A stretch of DNA of 64,000 nt, from IMG/VR virus record IMGVR_UViG_3300045988_098456. The stretch is one strand, 5' to 3'. This DNA comes from a virus. The notes beneath the pieces are model-generated. The model had not been told where the DNA came from. It did no database searches and saw nothing but the letters and a program-made list of their open reading frames with translations. Shown here piece after piece: positions 24,782-34,235 of the stretch. Made by a program: the position numbers and the translations under genes. The first letter of the stretch is position 1. Each line of letters begins with the position of its first letter.

Positions 24782-25987
24782 ATGGCAACAAACAGCGCAG
24801 TAAGAATAAGAAGGTCTTTCTCACCGCTCAATACGGCACAATCAATCGTGTGCGTATCGGGTGGCTCTCCTACCACGCAGGTATATAACGTGGCTAACAG
24901 CAGCTACGAGCCTAACCGAGCCAACACACCTTGCGTATTACACCCAGACATTACCGCTTACGCAAGCGATGGTACGTGGAAGTATCAGCAAGCCAATGCG
25001 GTACTTGCAAACATGGTGTGGCTCGTTAATGGCAAGGATATAAGCAAGGTGTGGGCATCATCAGACTATTCCATCAATCAGGATGGTGCTACACGTGGAG
25101 ACCTTACCATATTCCGTAATGTAGCAGTAGCAGAACGATTTGCATTGAGGTTCAAGGCTGACATCGTAGACTATCGAACCAACGTCAATGTTCCTGTCCT
25201 TACCGATGAGGTGGTTCTGAACACGGTATCTAAGAGTGATGATGCTTACTCAATGGCATTGGATGATGATGAAACTATTATCTACAATCCGATGTTAGAC
25301 AGATTGCTTCTGTACGACTACAAGGTAGCTCATGGCATGATAGCTGCATCCGATTCTGTTAGGAACGCTTGCATTGATGAAAAGGCTTATCTGAGAAAGA
25401 TACCTCTCCACATCTACAAGGGTGCAAAGAGTATTACTTCTGGCTACACTATCAAGCTCTACAAGATGAGCGGTTCTCAGATGACACAGATAAGCGTAGG
25501 AATGAATGAGGTGGTCGCAATCAGTAATAACTATATCACGCTAGACCTTAGACTGATTTATTCGGCATCATACGTTATCAAAGCTTATGTAGGCAATGAG
25601 GAAGTATGCAACAAGCAAATCTCTGTTTCCCGAACCTATCCTAAGTATAGCGTATCGGCAGGACAGAATGTTGATATATCTCCTGGAGTTGATAACCGAC
25701 AGCAGATAGCTCTTGTCAATTCAGAAGGTAACATCGTGGAATGCCCTGCCAACGTTCTGAAATTGAATTGGAGCACGATTGCACAGAATGCTGGTGCAAC
25801 AACGACAAGACAATGGCAAGAGGGCGATACGGCAATATTCAATATCTCTGATACAGGCTTAGGCGAAACTGCTGATGATGAGCTGGAGATAAGATGCGAT
25901 GCTGAATACAAGCCAAGCTTCGACTTCTTCTCTGATGGCTCTGAACCTCTCGTTAATGAGAACGGAGAATACTTAATTGGTAACTGA
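24782..25987 (+). CDS. Tail-fibre-module structural protein
   Basis: Assigned by composition and position. Confidence 0.45.
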   Translation: MATNSAVRIRRSFSPLNTAQSIVCVSGGSPTTQVYNVANSSYEPNRANTPCVLHPDITAYASDGTWKYQQANAVLANMVWLVNGKDISKVWASSDYSINQDGATRGDLTIFRNVAVAERFALRFKADIVDYRTNVNVPVLTDEVVLNTVSKSDDAYSMALDDDETIIYNPMLDRLLLYDYKVAHGMIAASDSVRNACIDEKAYLRKIPLHIYKGAKSITSGYTIKLYKMSGSQMTQISVGMNEVVAISNNYITLDLRLIYSASYVIKAYVGNEEVCNKQISVSRTYPKYSVSAGQNVDISPGVDNRQQIALVNSEGNIVECPANVLKLNWSTIAQNAGATTTRQWQEGDTAIFNISDTGLGETADDELEIRCDAEYKPSFDFFSDGSEPLVNENGEYLIGN

Positions 25988-26012
25988 TTTAGTAACATAA
26001 AAATAGAAAAAT

Positions 26013-27281
26013 ATGAAAAATCTTGCAACAGTAGCAGCGGTATCATCAATGGTTAAGAATGATACTTTATTGATAGAGGTTGGTGGTTCGCTCAGACGTA
26101 TCAAGCTGTCCGACTTGGCTAAGTCTATTCAGACTAACCAACTTGACCTCTCGCTTATAGCGTGGGGTACTTACCTTAAAGAAACAAGTGATACGCAATG
26201 GGGAGTCTGCGGAAACCAGACGAAGTGGAATGAGTTCAAATCTTCGCTCGGTCGATACTTGCTCACTAACGATGGAAGAATGGCTAAATTATCTCGCAGC
26301 AACTCTTCTGTATTCGAGGATGGTACAACCGTTGATGAGAGCAAAGGTCATATTATGTTCCATACCCCTCATCGTCTTTACTATCTTGTGAAGTACGATG
26401 CGTCAGCAGGATGCAATATTCTGTGGGGTTCTACTTATCCTATCTCTGAGCATTATATCGACCATCCTACCTTTGGCGCATATATGGGTAGTATTGTTAG
26501 CAATAAGCTTGTAAGCCGTAGTGGACTTGGTGTATCGAATAATATATCAATCAGTGATTTCTTTACTTATGCCCATAATAACGGAAAGAATTTCGGTCTG
26601 CTCGACTATGAGACATTGAAGATTATTCCTATGCTCGTTTTGTGGGAAAGCGGAAACAGCAACTCACAGGCTAAGTTTGGTTGTGGTCCTACTGGTAGTA
26701 CCAATACATGGGATAAGGTTAATGGTCTTACAACGGGTGCGACAAAGAGCCTTGGAGATAACAATGGTAAAATCAGCTTGGCAGCATTGACAGGAAACGC
26801 TGACGCATGCTATGTGAACTTCTTCGGTATCGAGAACCCTTGGGGATGGTACTGGCATATGATACAAGGCATCTACTTCGGTAATAGCGGTAATAGCGGT
26901 CAGACTGGTTCAGAAGCATTTGTATACAAAGGCAACAGAATGCCTTCTGCTTCCGAGCTTACAGGTCATCCTGTCGGAGATTATCGCACATTCACACGAA
27001 ATATAAATAGTGGATGGGTATTGAGCCTTGTCCTTGGAGACTTCTTCGACATCATGCCAAAAAATGTTGGTGGTGATAATAGCGCAAACTACTATTGTGA
27101 CTACTCATGGGCAAGCAGCACTGGGCAGTTGCTCCTCTTTGGTGGTGACGCCTGGGATGCGCTTCGCTGCGGCTCGTTCTACGTCCATTCGAATTACGAC
27201 TTCGGCCATCGCGGTGCGAGCTACGGTGTGCGTCTCGCTTTTTACGGAAATCCGACATACGTAAACGGCGCAGACCTGTAG
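26013..27281 (+). CDS. DGR target: receptor-binding tail fibre protein with a C-type-lectin/FGE-like variable C-terminus
   Basis: FGIENPWGWYWHMIQG...NYYCDYSW...LLLFGGDAWDALRCGSFYVHSNYDFGHRGASYGVRLAFYG. VR occupies the last approx 38 codons. Confidence 0.8.
   Translation: MKNLATVAAVSSMVKNDTLLIEVGGSLRRIKLSDLAKSIQTNQLDLSLIAWGTYLKETSDTQWGVCGNQTKWNEFKSSLGRYLLTNDGRMAKLSRSNSSVFEDGTTVDESKGHIMFHTPHRLYYLVKYDASAGCNILWGSTYPISEHYIDHPTFGAYMGSIVSNKLVSRSGLGVSNNISISDFFTYAHNNGKNFGLLDYETLKIIPMLVLWESGNSNSQAKFGCGPTGSTNTWDKVNGLTTGATKSLGDNNGKISLAALTGNADACYVNFFGIENPWGWYWHMIQGIYFGNSGNSGQTGSEAFVYKGNRMPSASELTGHPVGDYRTFTRNINSGWVLSLVLGDFFDIMPKNVGGDNSANYYCDYSWASSTGQLLLFGGDAWDALRCGSFYVHSNYDFGHRGASYGVRLAFYGNPTYVNGADL
27129..27243 (+). 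repeat. DGR variable repeat (VR)
   Basis: 115-nt match to 27370..27484 with 14 mismatches, all opposite A in the TR. Confidence 0.9.
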
Positions 27282-27290
27282 GGTCTGCGC
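27268..27290 (+). promoter_or_regulatory. GC hairpin directly after VR (DGR homing-associated hairpin type)
   Basis: gcgcagacc/ggtctgcgc with loop tgtag. The stop codon lies in the loop. A second hairpin gtggagc/gctccac is at 27299..27314. Confidence 0.6.
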
Positions 27291-27369
27291 TACCCGATGT
27301 GGAGCTTGCTCCACCGACGCAAAAATGGTGATAAGAAAAAATATAAAATAAAAGGTGGCGAGAGACATT

Positions 27370-27484
27370 TTGCTCCTCTTTGGTGGTAACGCCAGGAATG
27401 CGCTTAACTGCGGCTCGTTCTACGTCAATTCGAATAACGACTTCGGCAATCGCAATACGAACTACGGTGTGCGTCTCACTTATT
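27370..27484 (+). repeat. DGR template repeat (TR)
   Basis: Non-coding copy of VR. It is rich in AAC/AAT triplets in the VR reading frame. Confidence 0.9.
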
Positions 27485-27709
27485 TATAATCGCTGAATCA
27501 ATAATCTGTCGTGTATGGATATATGAAGAAGTGAGTCTCTCAAACCTTGACGTGGGCTTTTAGCCTAGTCAGAAAATAACAGCGGAAAGGCTCTCTGTAT
27601 TCGCTGAATGGAGAGCAAGCGTGGTGAAGTAATCGGCTCAGTTGTACGAGCAGAACAAAGTCACGGGCAAAGCGGCAAAAAAGCAATAGGCTTTAAATTA
27701 TAAAACACA

Positions 27710-29191
27710 ATGACAGCAAAGGTAAAGAATCTGATGAACGAACTCGTAAAGAGGGAAACATTGGAGCAAGGCGGTGATGATGCCTACAATGCGTTAGATG
27801 ATAAGAATACGTGGTTTGCAAGGAGATATATCCGAGATAAGGACAATATTATCGACTGCATACAGAATATGCTCATCCTCGGCATTTATCCTAAGAAGGA
27901 ATATAAAGAGGTTGATATAGTATCAGAGAATAAGGCAAGAAAGATATGCCCTATGCACTTCGACCCTTGGAACGTTCTATTCCATGCCATAAAGATAGTG
28001 CTAGAACCTATAGTAGAGCGAGTGCTCATATATGATTCAAGTGCTGGCAGAAAAGGCAAAGGTCAGGTATTCGGAGCATTGAGAACCCAACGGGCTATCA
28101 GAAGGCATCCGAAATGGGCTTATTATGGGAAAGGAGACCTCAGAAAGTACTATCTGACAATACCTCATCCTGTTCTGCTTATGATACTCAGACGATATGT
28201 AGACGATGATTTGTTCATCGAGCTTATAGATAAGACTATGTTGGACTATTCTGTAGATATAGAACCTCTGATGCTTGAAGAATATGAGCGCAAGAAGAAG
28301 TACTGCATTTGGGCAGACAAAAGTGAAATAAAGTATCTCGGGTGTAAGCGTGGTGTAACGCTCGGTAATCCTATCGGTCAGATGTTAGGTAATCTTGCTT
28401 TAAGTCTTGTAGACTATGCTATGGTTCATATCGAGCATGCTAAAGGTTATCATCGGCATTGTGACGATATTACCTTCTTCGCTGAAACAAAGGAAGAAGC
28501 TGTTCGGTTGCTTGGAAGATTGGACTACTGGTGTAACCAATATGGTCTCTGTCTGAAGGCGAGCGGTCATGTAGCAGAACTGCATAACGAAGAGACAGGT
28601 GTAAAAGGAAGATGCTTAGACTTTGTAGGTTATGTATATTCTCGCAAGAACATGAGGATGCGCAGACGTACAAAGGTTAAGGCTGCAAAGGCTTTCGGTA
28701 GAGTTAAGAGCCGTAAAAGGCGGCAGGAACTTATCGGAGCTTATTGGGGAATAGCAAGATGGGGAAAGTGTAAGCATCTTTGGAAGAAGATTGTCGGAGA
28801 TTACCCAGAAAATTATAAACAAGAATTTAAAAGGAAAAAGAACATGAGTTTCAAGGATATAGGAATCGTATCACCGAAATACTCGGTCGATAAAAACGGA
28901 AAACGTATATTTTCCGTACAGGAATACAATCAAGCTCTTCTCTGTCAGAATCACACCATCATCAACATATTAGACTTTGAAGATGATGTAGAGGTTAATG
29001 GCAAGGGCGGTCGATGCTGGGTTCTGTACGAAATGAAAGATAGCCCAGGAACAGAGTATAAGTTCTGCACTTCATCAAAACTCATAAGGCAGAAACTTAT
29101 TGAAGTAAGGGAGAAGAATCTTCTGCCAGTCAATGACACTTTCCTGTTCAGAGTAGACAAAGGTGGCAGATATACTTATGATTTAGATTAA
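27710..29191 (+). CDS. DGR-type reverse transcriptase with a C-terminal extension
   Basis: FHAIKIVLEPIVERV, SSAGRKGKGQVFGA, GDLRKYYLTIPH, GVTLGNPIGQMLGNLAL, YHRHCDDITFFA. About 130 additional C-terminal residues have no recognised motif. Confidence 0.85.
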   Translation: MTAKVKNLMNELVKRETLEQGGDDAYNALDDKNTWFARRYIRDKDNIIDCIQNMLILGIYPKKEYKEVDIVSENKARKICPMHFDPWNVLFHAIKIVLEPIVERVLIYDSSAGRKGKGQVFGALRTQRAIRRHPKWAYYGKGDLRKYYLTIPHPVLLMILRRYVDDDLFIELIDKTMLDYSVDIEPLMLEEYERKKKYCIWADKSEIKYLGCKRGVTLGNPIGQMLGNLALSLVDYAMVHIEHAKGYHRHCDDITFFAETKEEAVRLLGRLDYWCNQYGLCLKASGHVAELHNEETGVKGRCLDFVGYVYSRKNMRMRRRTKVKAAKAFGRVKSRKRRQELIGAYWGIARWGKCKHLWKKIVGDYPENYKQEFKRKKNMSFKDIGIVSPKYSVDKNGKRIFSVQEYNQALLCQNHTIINILDFEDDVEVNGKGGRCWVLYEMKDSPGTEYKFCTSSKLIRQKLIEVREKNLLPVNDTFLFRVDKGGRYTYDLD

Positions 29192-29211
29192 CAATTTTAA
29201 AATATCAGATT

Positions 29212-29637
29212 ATGAAGATACAATGCACAATGGCAGTATTGCCAAAGGATAATGTGAAGGTTTATGTTTCGGGTAACTACCTTCAAGTAGCTTATGATTT
29301 TGTTCGTATTGAGCAGAAAGAAGAAGATGAGAGTGATAGTATGCACATGGTGGTAGAGAACTCTTGCCAAGGCGAATACATCGAGCTTCGTGGAGGCATC
29401 CGCAGCTATGATGCAATAGCGTCAGCCATCATCGAAGACAAATACCCATCTGACAAGATGGATGCCATTCGTCTTAACTTTGAGTTGGCTCAGAACAGTG
29501 ATGTGGCATCTATTTCCTTGGATGACAGCAAGCGTAAGGAGTATATTGCAGAGTATAAGGCGATGCAAGAGTGGCGCATTCACGCCAAGGATATAGCTCG
29601 AAAGGCTGTTGACTTAATTAACAAGGAATTGAAATAA
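29212..29637 (+). CDS. Hypothetical protein downstream of the RT
   Basis: 141 aa and acidic, unlike basic four-helix Avd proteins. Confidence 0.45.
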   Translation: MKIQCTMAVLPKDNVKVYVSGNYLQVAYDFVRIEQKEEDESDSMHMVVENSCQGEYIELRGGIRSYDAIASAIIEDKYPSDKMDAIRLNFELAQNSDVASISLDDSKRKEYIAEYKAMQEWRIHAKDIARKAVDLINKELK

Positions 29638-29656
29638 TCAAGAAAGGAGGTATACT

Positions 29657-30805
29657 ATGGCTGGACATAGTGCGCAAGGTGTTGTAAGGGTAAGCCGCAA
29701 GCCAAAGACAGCTAGTGAGACGGAGATTGTCCGTCTCATTACTGCTACTAATATGAGTACGCCTATCGGTAACTTCTCTCAGTTGGTTAAGGATTTGGCT
29801 TCGGCAGGTATTGTTATTAGCGGAAATCAAGTTGTTATTAAGGCGAAGCAGACGAGCATTATGGGTAGTGATGGCATCCCCATTGCCCTATTTGATACCG
29901 ATGGCAAGAAGCTCAATGCTAACCTGATTGATGCTGATAAAATCGAGGTTAAGCACCTTTGGGCGAAGTCTGAGGATGGAACGAACAAGGTTGGTTATTT
30001 CGGCAACTACGAGATTGACGCGTGCAAGGTGAATAATTCCAATGCTCCGTTGTTTGTTGGTGCTGATACGGCAGCTAAATCTCCATTCTATGTTACCAAT
30101 AACGGGCACATGGTATCTACAAGTGCCACGCTTGGCTGTTTCTCGTTGGATAAAATGAGTCTCAGATATATATCTGGATACGATGATGAGGAGCCTGGTT
30201 TCGCCTTATACAACAACTATATGCTATTTCGTGAATATAGCAGAACTTTTAATCAAGATACGCATACATGGAAATCGGAAAGAAAAAGGACGGTTTGGCT
30301 TGGTGAGTTTAAGACTACTCACCAAGTACCAGCATTATTGAGTAATCTTTTAATAGATGATAGCTTTTCCGTAAATGGTGAAACTCTGAAGTCTGGTATA
30401 CGCATTTCTGTAACAGGGTGCGATGATTCTCAGCAGTACGATAATCCTATATATAATCTGAATAATGCAGTGTATGGTAACTTTGCAATATATGCAGAAC
30501 ATGGCATGTATGGAGGATTAAGACCGATGACCAGGAAAATAAACAGAAGTATGGAGTTGACGGATATGGATTGTTTCGTTATAGTAACAAAAGCCGTAAC
30601 GCTAACACTCCCAGCGAAACCTCAGAGAGGTCAATATTATAAGTTTCTACAAGTTGGTGACAACTTTGTTATTAAATCATCACTTAATAATATGTTGTGG
30701 TACGGAGTTGTTAAAAATAGCTTCACTTCGGGTGCACTCAATCAGACAACAGAATTAATATATGATGGTAGTAATTGGAACGTAAATTGGTTTATAGGAA
30801 AATAG
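29657..30805 (+). CDS. Putative tail fibre / structural protein
   Basis: 382 aa. NLIDADKIEVKHLWAK-type fibre-like segment. Assigned partly by position. Confidence 0.45.
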   Translation: MAGHSAQGVVRVSRKPKTASETEIVRLITATNMSTPIGNFSQLVKDLASAGIVISGNQVVIKAKQTSIMGSDGIPIALFDTDGKKLNANLIDADKIEVKHLWAKSEDGTNKVGYFGNYEIDACKVNNSNAPLFVGADTAAKSPFYVTNNGHMVSTSATLGCFSLDKMSLRYISGYDDEEPGFALYNNYMLFREYSRTFNQDTHTWKSERKRTVWLGEFKTTHQVPALLSNLLIDDSFSVNGETLKSGIRISVTGCDDSQQYDNPIYNLNNAVYGNFAIYAEHGMYGGLRPMTRKINRSMELTDMDCFVIVTKAVTLTLPAKPQRGQYYKFLQVGDNFVIKSSLNNMLWYGVVKNSFTSGALNQTTELIYDGSNWNVNWFIGK

Positions 30806-30832
30806 CAGTATAATTATTAAAAAGTAAGAAAT

Positions 30833-31159
30833 ATGAAAAAGAATTTTAATGTACCTTTCAGGAATTGGAAGGGTGAGGTGATAGTATCACCAGTTAAGAA
30901 CGAGAATGGAGAGGAAACCTACAAGCCACAGATTATTGGCGATATTGTAGGTAAGGTGCTCTTCGAGGTGATAGACAGTCAGAGTATGCAGCTATCGGGT
31001 GAAGAAAAGCTGCGTGCTTATCGGGTAGCTTGCAAGATAGGCAAGGATGCCGAAAACGTGGAACTCGAAGCCGAGGATATTATCCTTATCAAGAAGATAC
31101 TCTGCCCTGTAATGGCAGTAGGAGGCTATGGTCAGATAGTTGATTTGCTCGAAGGATAG
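30833..31159 (+). CDS. Hypothetical protein
   Basis: 108-aa ORF, the last of the plus-strand late block. Confidence 0.45.
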   Translation: MKKNFNVPFRNWKGEVIVSPVKNENGEETYKPQIIGDIVGKVLFEVIDSQSMQLSGEEKLRAYRVACKIGKDAENVELEAEDIILIKKILCPVMAVGGYGQIVDLLEG

Positions 31160-31165
31160 GAACAG

Positions 31166-31205
31166 ATAAGGCGGTTCGCTACACAGTGACCGCCTTATTC
31201 TTTTA
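31166..31205. terminator. Bidirectional terminator between convergent genes
   Basis: ataaggcgg/ccgccttat with T-runs on both sides. Confidence 0.6.
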
Positions 31206-31208
31206 TCG

Positions 31209-31538
31209 TCAGTCATGGAAGTGTGTTGCATCGAACTTCTCTATATGTTCTAATATCATGTCAGCGAAATATGGAGCATCATAGCCACCGAAAGATGGAA
31301 TTAAATCACTAAGATAGCCATATCTACCTTTCCTTCGTTCCTCCTCTGCTTGTGTTACTAGACCTTTCTGCATTATAACAGAGAAAGGAAGTTTGTTGAA
31401 ATCATAGATGCAATCTATCCAGTCGTTAGGGTGCGGATTACACTTGTGCTCCAACTCTCGCTCTCCAGGAGTTGATGGCAACCTACTGCCATCTACTAGG
31501 TACATTATTTGATTTTCGTATGGTTCTAATTTTTTCAT
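31209..31538 (-). CDS. Hypothetical protein
   Basis: 109-aa ORF with its own promoter. Confidence 0.5.
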   Translation of the reverse strand: MKKLEPYENQIMYLVDGSRLPSTPGERELEHKCNPHPNDWIDCIYDFNKLPFSVIMQKGLVTQAEEERRKGRYGYLSDLIPSFGGYDAPYFADMILEHIEKFDATHFHD

Positions 31539-31563
31539 AATCTTAATATTTTGATTTCTTCTG

Positions 31564-31571
31564 CAAAGTTA
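31564..31571 (-). promoter_or_regulatory. -7 box (taactttg on the minus strand)
   Basis: cgtaactttgcag, the same form as at 36906. Confidence 0.5.
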
Positions 31572-31719
31572 CGAAAATAATCTGAAAGAGCAATGTTTCT
31601 GTTACCATTTTATTCAATTTTTGTAACAAAAAATCGGTAACACAACTTTCAGATTGTTACTATTTATAAAGTTTAACACAAAAATATTCTCATTTTCGCT
31701 TGTTTTGTGCAAAAAAGTG

Positions 31720-31727
31720 TATCTTTG
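31720..31727 (+). promoter_or_regulatory. -7 promoter box tatctttg
   Basis: TAnnTTTG, 30 nt before the ATG at 31757. Confidence 0.5.
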
Positions 31728-31756
31728 CACTATCATTTAATTTAAATCAACGAATT

Positions 31757-32263
31757 ATGACAAAAGAAGACGAAGAAAACCTATTAAAGTGGTTAAAAGA
31801 CAAAGATGTTAGCGAGGTGATGTCCTTGCTTATGAAGCATGGTAATCGGTATAGCAGAAGAATTTTGAAGTTCTTCCGCTGGTTCTGCAAGTATGTACCA
31901 ATTACGATTATGCTATTTCACGCTTATGGTATGTGGAATTTTAGTCAGCATCCTAGAGAAATGTTTATCCCATACGCAGAGAATGCACCATGCTACATAT
32001 TCATTTACTTTATGGTTTATATTTTTCCAATGGTTTTGATATTGGCGAGCCGATTCTTCTTCCTATGTTGGAGATACAGAATACCATTCTTCTATTTCTT
32101 TGGTGTGAATGCGGCTCACATTGTAGAATGGAGTTGGTACACAACCAATGACATGATAGATTTCTGCTTTACAGTTATGGTAGTTACGGCAATATTCTAT
32201 CTGTACTCTTTTGTGGATTTGTTTATCAGCAGAACTAGATTAGGACGTAAAATATTCGCATAA
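31757..32263 (+). CDS. Multi-pass membrane protein
   Basis: Start trimmed to MTKEDEEN. At least 4 hydrophobic segments. Confidence 0.5.
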   Translation: MTKEDEENLLKWLKDKDVSEVMSLLMKHGNRYSRRILKFFRWFCKYVPITIMLFHAYGMWNFSQHPREMFIPYAENAPCYIFIYFMVYIFPMVLILASRFFFLCWRYRIPFFYFFGVNAAHIVEWSWYTTNDMIDFCFTVMVVTAIFYLYSFVDLFISRTRLGRKIFA

Positions 32264-32302
32264 AAGCGATTTTTGAGAATTTTTCGTAAAAACAAATGTA
32301 AT

Positions 32303-32641
32303 ATGGCTAAGATATTGAATTATAAGATACTCGGTACGGCTCTAAAGTCACTAAGCGATGCTTGCTTTAAAGCAGACGAGCAACAGAGAAATGGTGAAAA
32401 GGTCACCGCTTGCGGAATGAGTGATGATGATTTGGATAGATTGTGTGACATCATTCCAAATATGCTCAATCCGATGATGAGCACAGAGGAAGTTAAGGAA
32501 AAGCTTCACGTTTCTGATGCTACCTTAAACAGAATGGTTGCTAGAGGTGACATTCCGAATGGAGAATGCAAGAAGCGAGGGCATACCCGATATTTTAAGA
32601 AGTGGGATATTCTGCACTTCATAAAGAGCAAGAGAAAATAA
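32303..32641 (+). CDS. Xis/MerR-like HTH protein (excisionase or regulator candidate)
   Basis: KLHVSDATLNRMVARGDIPNGECKKRGHTRYFKKWDILHF. Confidence 0.55.
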   Translation: MAKILNYKILGTALKSLSDACFKADEQQRNGEKVTACGMSDDDLDRLCDIIPNMLNPMMSTEEVKEKLHVSDATLNRMVARGDIPNGECKKRGHTRYFKKWDILHFIKSKRK

Positions 32642-32678
32642 TAGTTGAACATGTAAGTGTTCCTTACAAGTTGAGTAA

Positions 32679-32708
32679 GAGAGGTAAGTGATTGCCTCTC
32701 TTTTTTTG
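32679..32708 (+). terminator. Intrinsic terminator
   Basis: gagagg/cctctc followed by ttttttt. Confidence 0.7.
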
Positions 32709-32776
32709 TTTCAGTTTTCGTGAGTGACTGTTGCAATTTTTGCAACTGTCACTCTGACTTCCCCTTTTTTTTGTTT

Positions 32777-33286
32777 TTACATTTTCAAAAAGTCTTCTAT
32801 ATCTATGTACTCAATACCGAAATTCTCCGCACATTGTTTGTCGGAGTCCGAGAAGTCACCTTCTTTTCCGCTAGCATCACCTATCATTATCAGCTCACTT
32901 TTCTTCCAAGAAGAATACGACTCAAGCATTCCTGTATTTGGCTTTCTCATTCCTATCTCTGCATGCGATGGGCAATACATAGAGTTGACGAAGATATTTC
33001 GTCCGGTATGATTGCGAAGATATTTTTGCATAAAGCTTTCAATAGCCTTTATCTTTCCGATGAAATCCTGTTCGTCAACAAATTGAGGGATTCCTCCTTG
33101 GTTTGAGACTATTTCCACATAGTAAAGAGTAGGGAATGCATCTACAATCTTATCCAAAACCTCTTTACGGATTTTGAAATCTGTTACATCTGTAGGAAAG
33201 GTGTTTCCTGATATAGTTGTAATAATCGTGTCGTCTAAATCAATGAATAATACTTTTTTCTTGATTAAATATCCTTTTTCTGTCAT
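32777..33286 (-). CDS. HAD-IIIA phosphatase, polynucleotide 3'-phosphatase (PNKP phosphatase-domain)-like
   Basis: FIDLDDTI (DxDxT), SNQGG, RKPNTGM, IGDASGKEGDFSDSDKQCAENFGIEY. Confidence 0.7.
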   Translation of the reverse strand: MTEKGYLIKKKVLFIDLDDTIITTISGNTFPTDVTDFKIRKEVLDKIVDAFPTLYYVEIVSNQGGIPQFVDEQDFIGKIKAIESFMQKYLRNHTGRNIFVNSMYCPSHAEIGMRKPNTGMLESYSSWKKSELIMIGDASGKEGDFSDSDKQCAENFGIEYIDIEDFLKM

Positions 33287-33361
33287 AATTTTGCTTTTTT
33301 CTATATTGATATATTAATATCTTTATCTACGAAAATTAAGTTTGTAAAACACAGTTGTTCC

Positions 33362-33374
33362 GGTGTGTCTCACC
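33362..33374 (-). promoter_or_regulatory. Leader motif GGTGAGACACACC, copy 3 (minus strand)
   Basis: Exact reverse complement, downstream of the -7 box at 33390. Confidence 0.55.
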
Positions 33375-33389
33375 ATTTTTATTACAATG

Positions 33390-33397
33390 CAAAGATA
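33390..33397 (-). promoter_or_regulatory. -7 box (tatctttg on the minus strand)
   Basis: TAnnTTTG. Confidence 0.5.
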
Positions 33398-33445
33398 CGA
33401 CAAAAAAGATGGCCTTGCAAATAAATTAATGCAAATTTTAAAACG

Positions 33446-33790
33446 TTATCTGTTTTTAATGAAATCATTAACAATTCTCTCTATGGTGTCTTGCTTGATA
33501 GCTATAGGGGCATCACCTTGATATTCTATCACTTGGTTGCCGCATTCCTTCCAAAATAGGTTGCTATTGATGCGTTCGCCATCTACCAAGATCCAATCCG
33601 GATGATGTTCAAACGAATGCATATTAGTTAGCGGAACGAAAATGAATAATTTATTCTCCATCTTGTTTACGAGTACCGACAAGTCATTATCATCAAATGT
33701 AATGATAACTCGATTTTCATTCTCAGATAGAACGTTAAAATCCTCATTAAAACGTTCATAAAGGTAATTTTTGATTTTCGAACAACTCAT
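33446..33790 (-). CDS. Hypothetical protein
   Basis: 114 aa, last gene of the minus-strand operon. Confidence 0.45.
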   Translation of the reverse strand: MSCSKIKNYLYERFNEDFNVLSENENRVIITFDDNDLSVLVNKMENKLFIFVPLTNMHSFEHHPDWILVDGERINSNLFWKECGNQVIEYQGDAPIAIKQDTIERIVNDFIKNR

Positions 33791-33866
33791 ATTCTTGTAA
33801 TTTTATAGGAGGGCAGATGGAAAAATCCAAGGTCTGCCCACCAAGTTAAACTTATAAGGAAATCTT

Positions 33867-34235
33867 CTATAATATCGACTGACAGAGCCATCCCATAAGA
33901 TAGCATGGTTCTTCGCCTTGCATATCTATTCCCAGATGGTTGCATATATGTGCTACTACATGAAACATTTCATGTGTGAAACTATTTATATACTCACCTT
34001 CAGAAGTAGATTTGCAAATGAGCACAACACTTGTTTTCTTTGAAACATTTGTGTATGTCAATCCTTTGTTTGAAGAATCGGTTGAAATGTGGTCGTATGC
34101 ATCCAATAATGGTTGCCCCTTACAATCAATGGAACTTAGTAAGTCCATAGCTTCGTCAACCTCTTCTTGATTAGCTACATGACATACAATCACATTCCAA
34201 TCGTATTTCTCCAAGTAAATTTCTTGTTTAATCAT
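33867..34235 (-). CDS. Small HEXXH protein (putative zinc metallopeptidase)
   Basis: FTHEMFHVVAH. Confidence 0.45.
   Translation of the reverse strand: MIKQEIYLEKYDWNVIVCHVANQEEVDEAMDLLSSIDCKGQPLLDAYDHISTDSSNKGLTYTNVSKKTSVVLICKSTSEGEYINSFTHEMFHVVAHICNHLGIDMQGEEPCYLMGWLCQSIL

Larger units (their letters stand above)
26013..29191 (+). mobile_element. Diversity-generating retroelement cassette (target gene with VR, TR, RT)
   Basis: See the VR, TR and RT features. Confidence 0.85.

Noticed and set aside
27028-27368. ORFs of 67-87 aa on both strands overlapping VR and the VR-TR spacer
   Set aside because: They lie in the G+C-rich DGR repeat region inside or antisense to the target gene. None resembles Avd.
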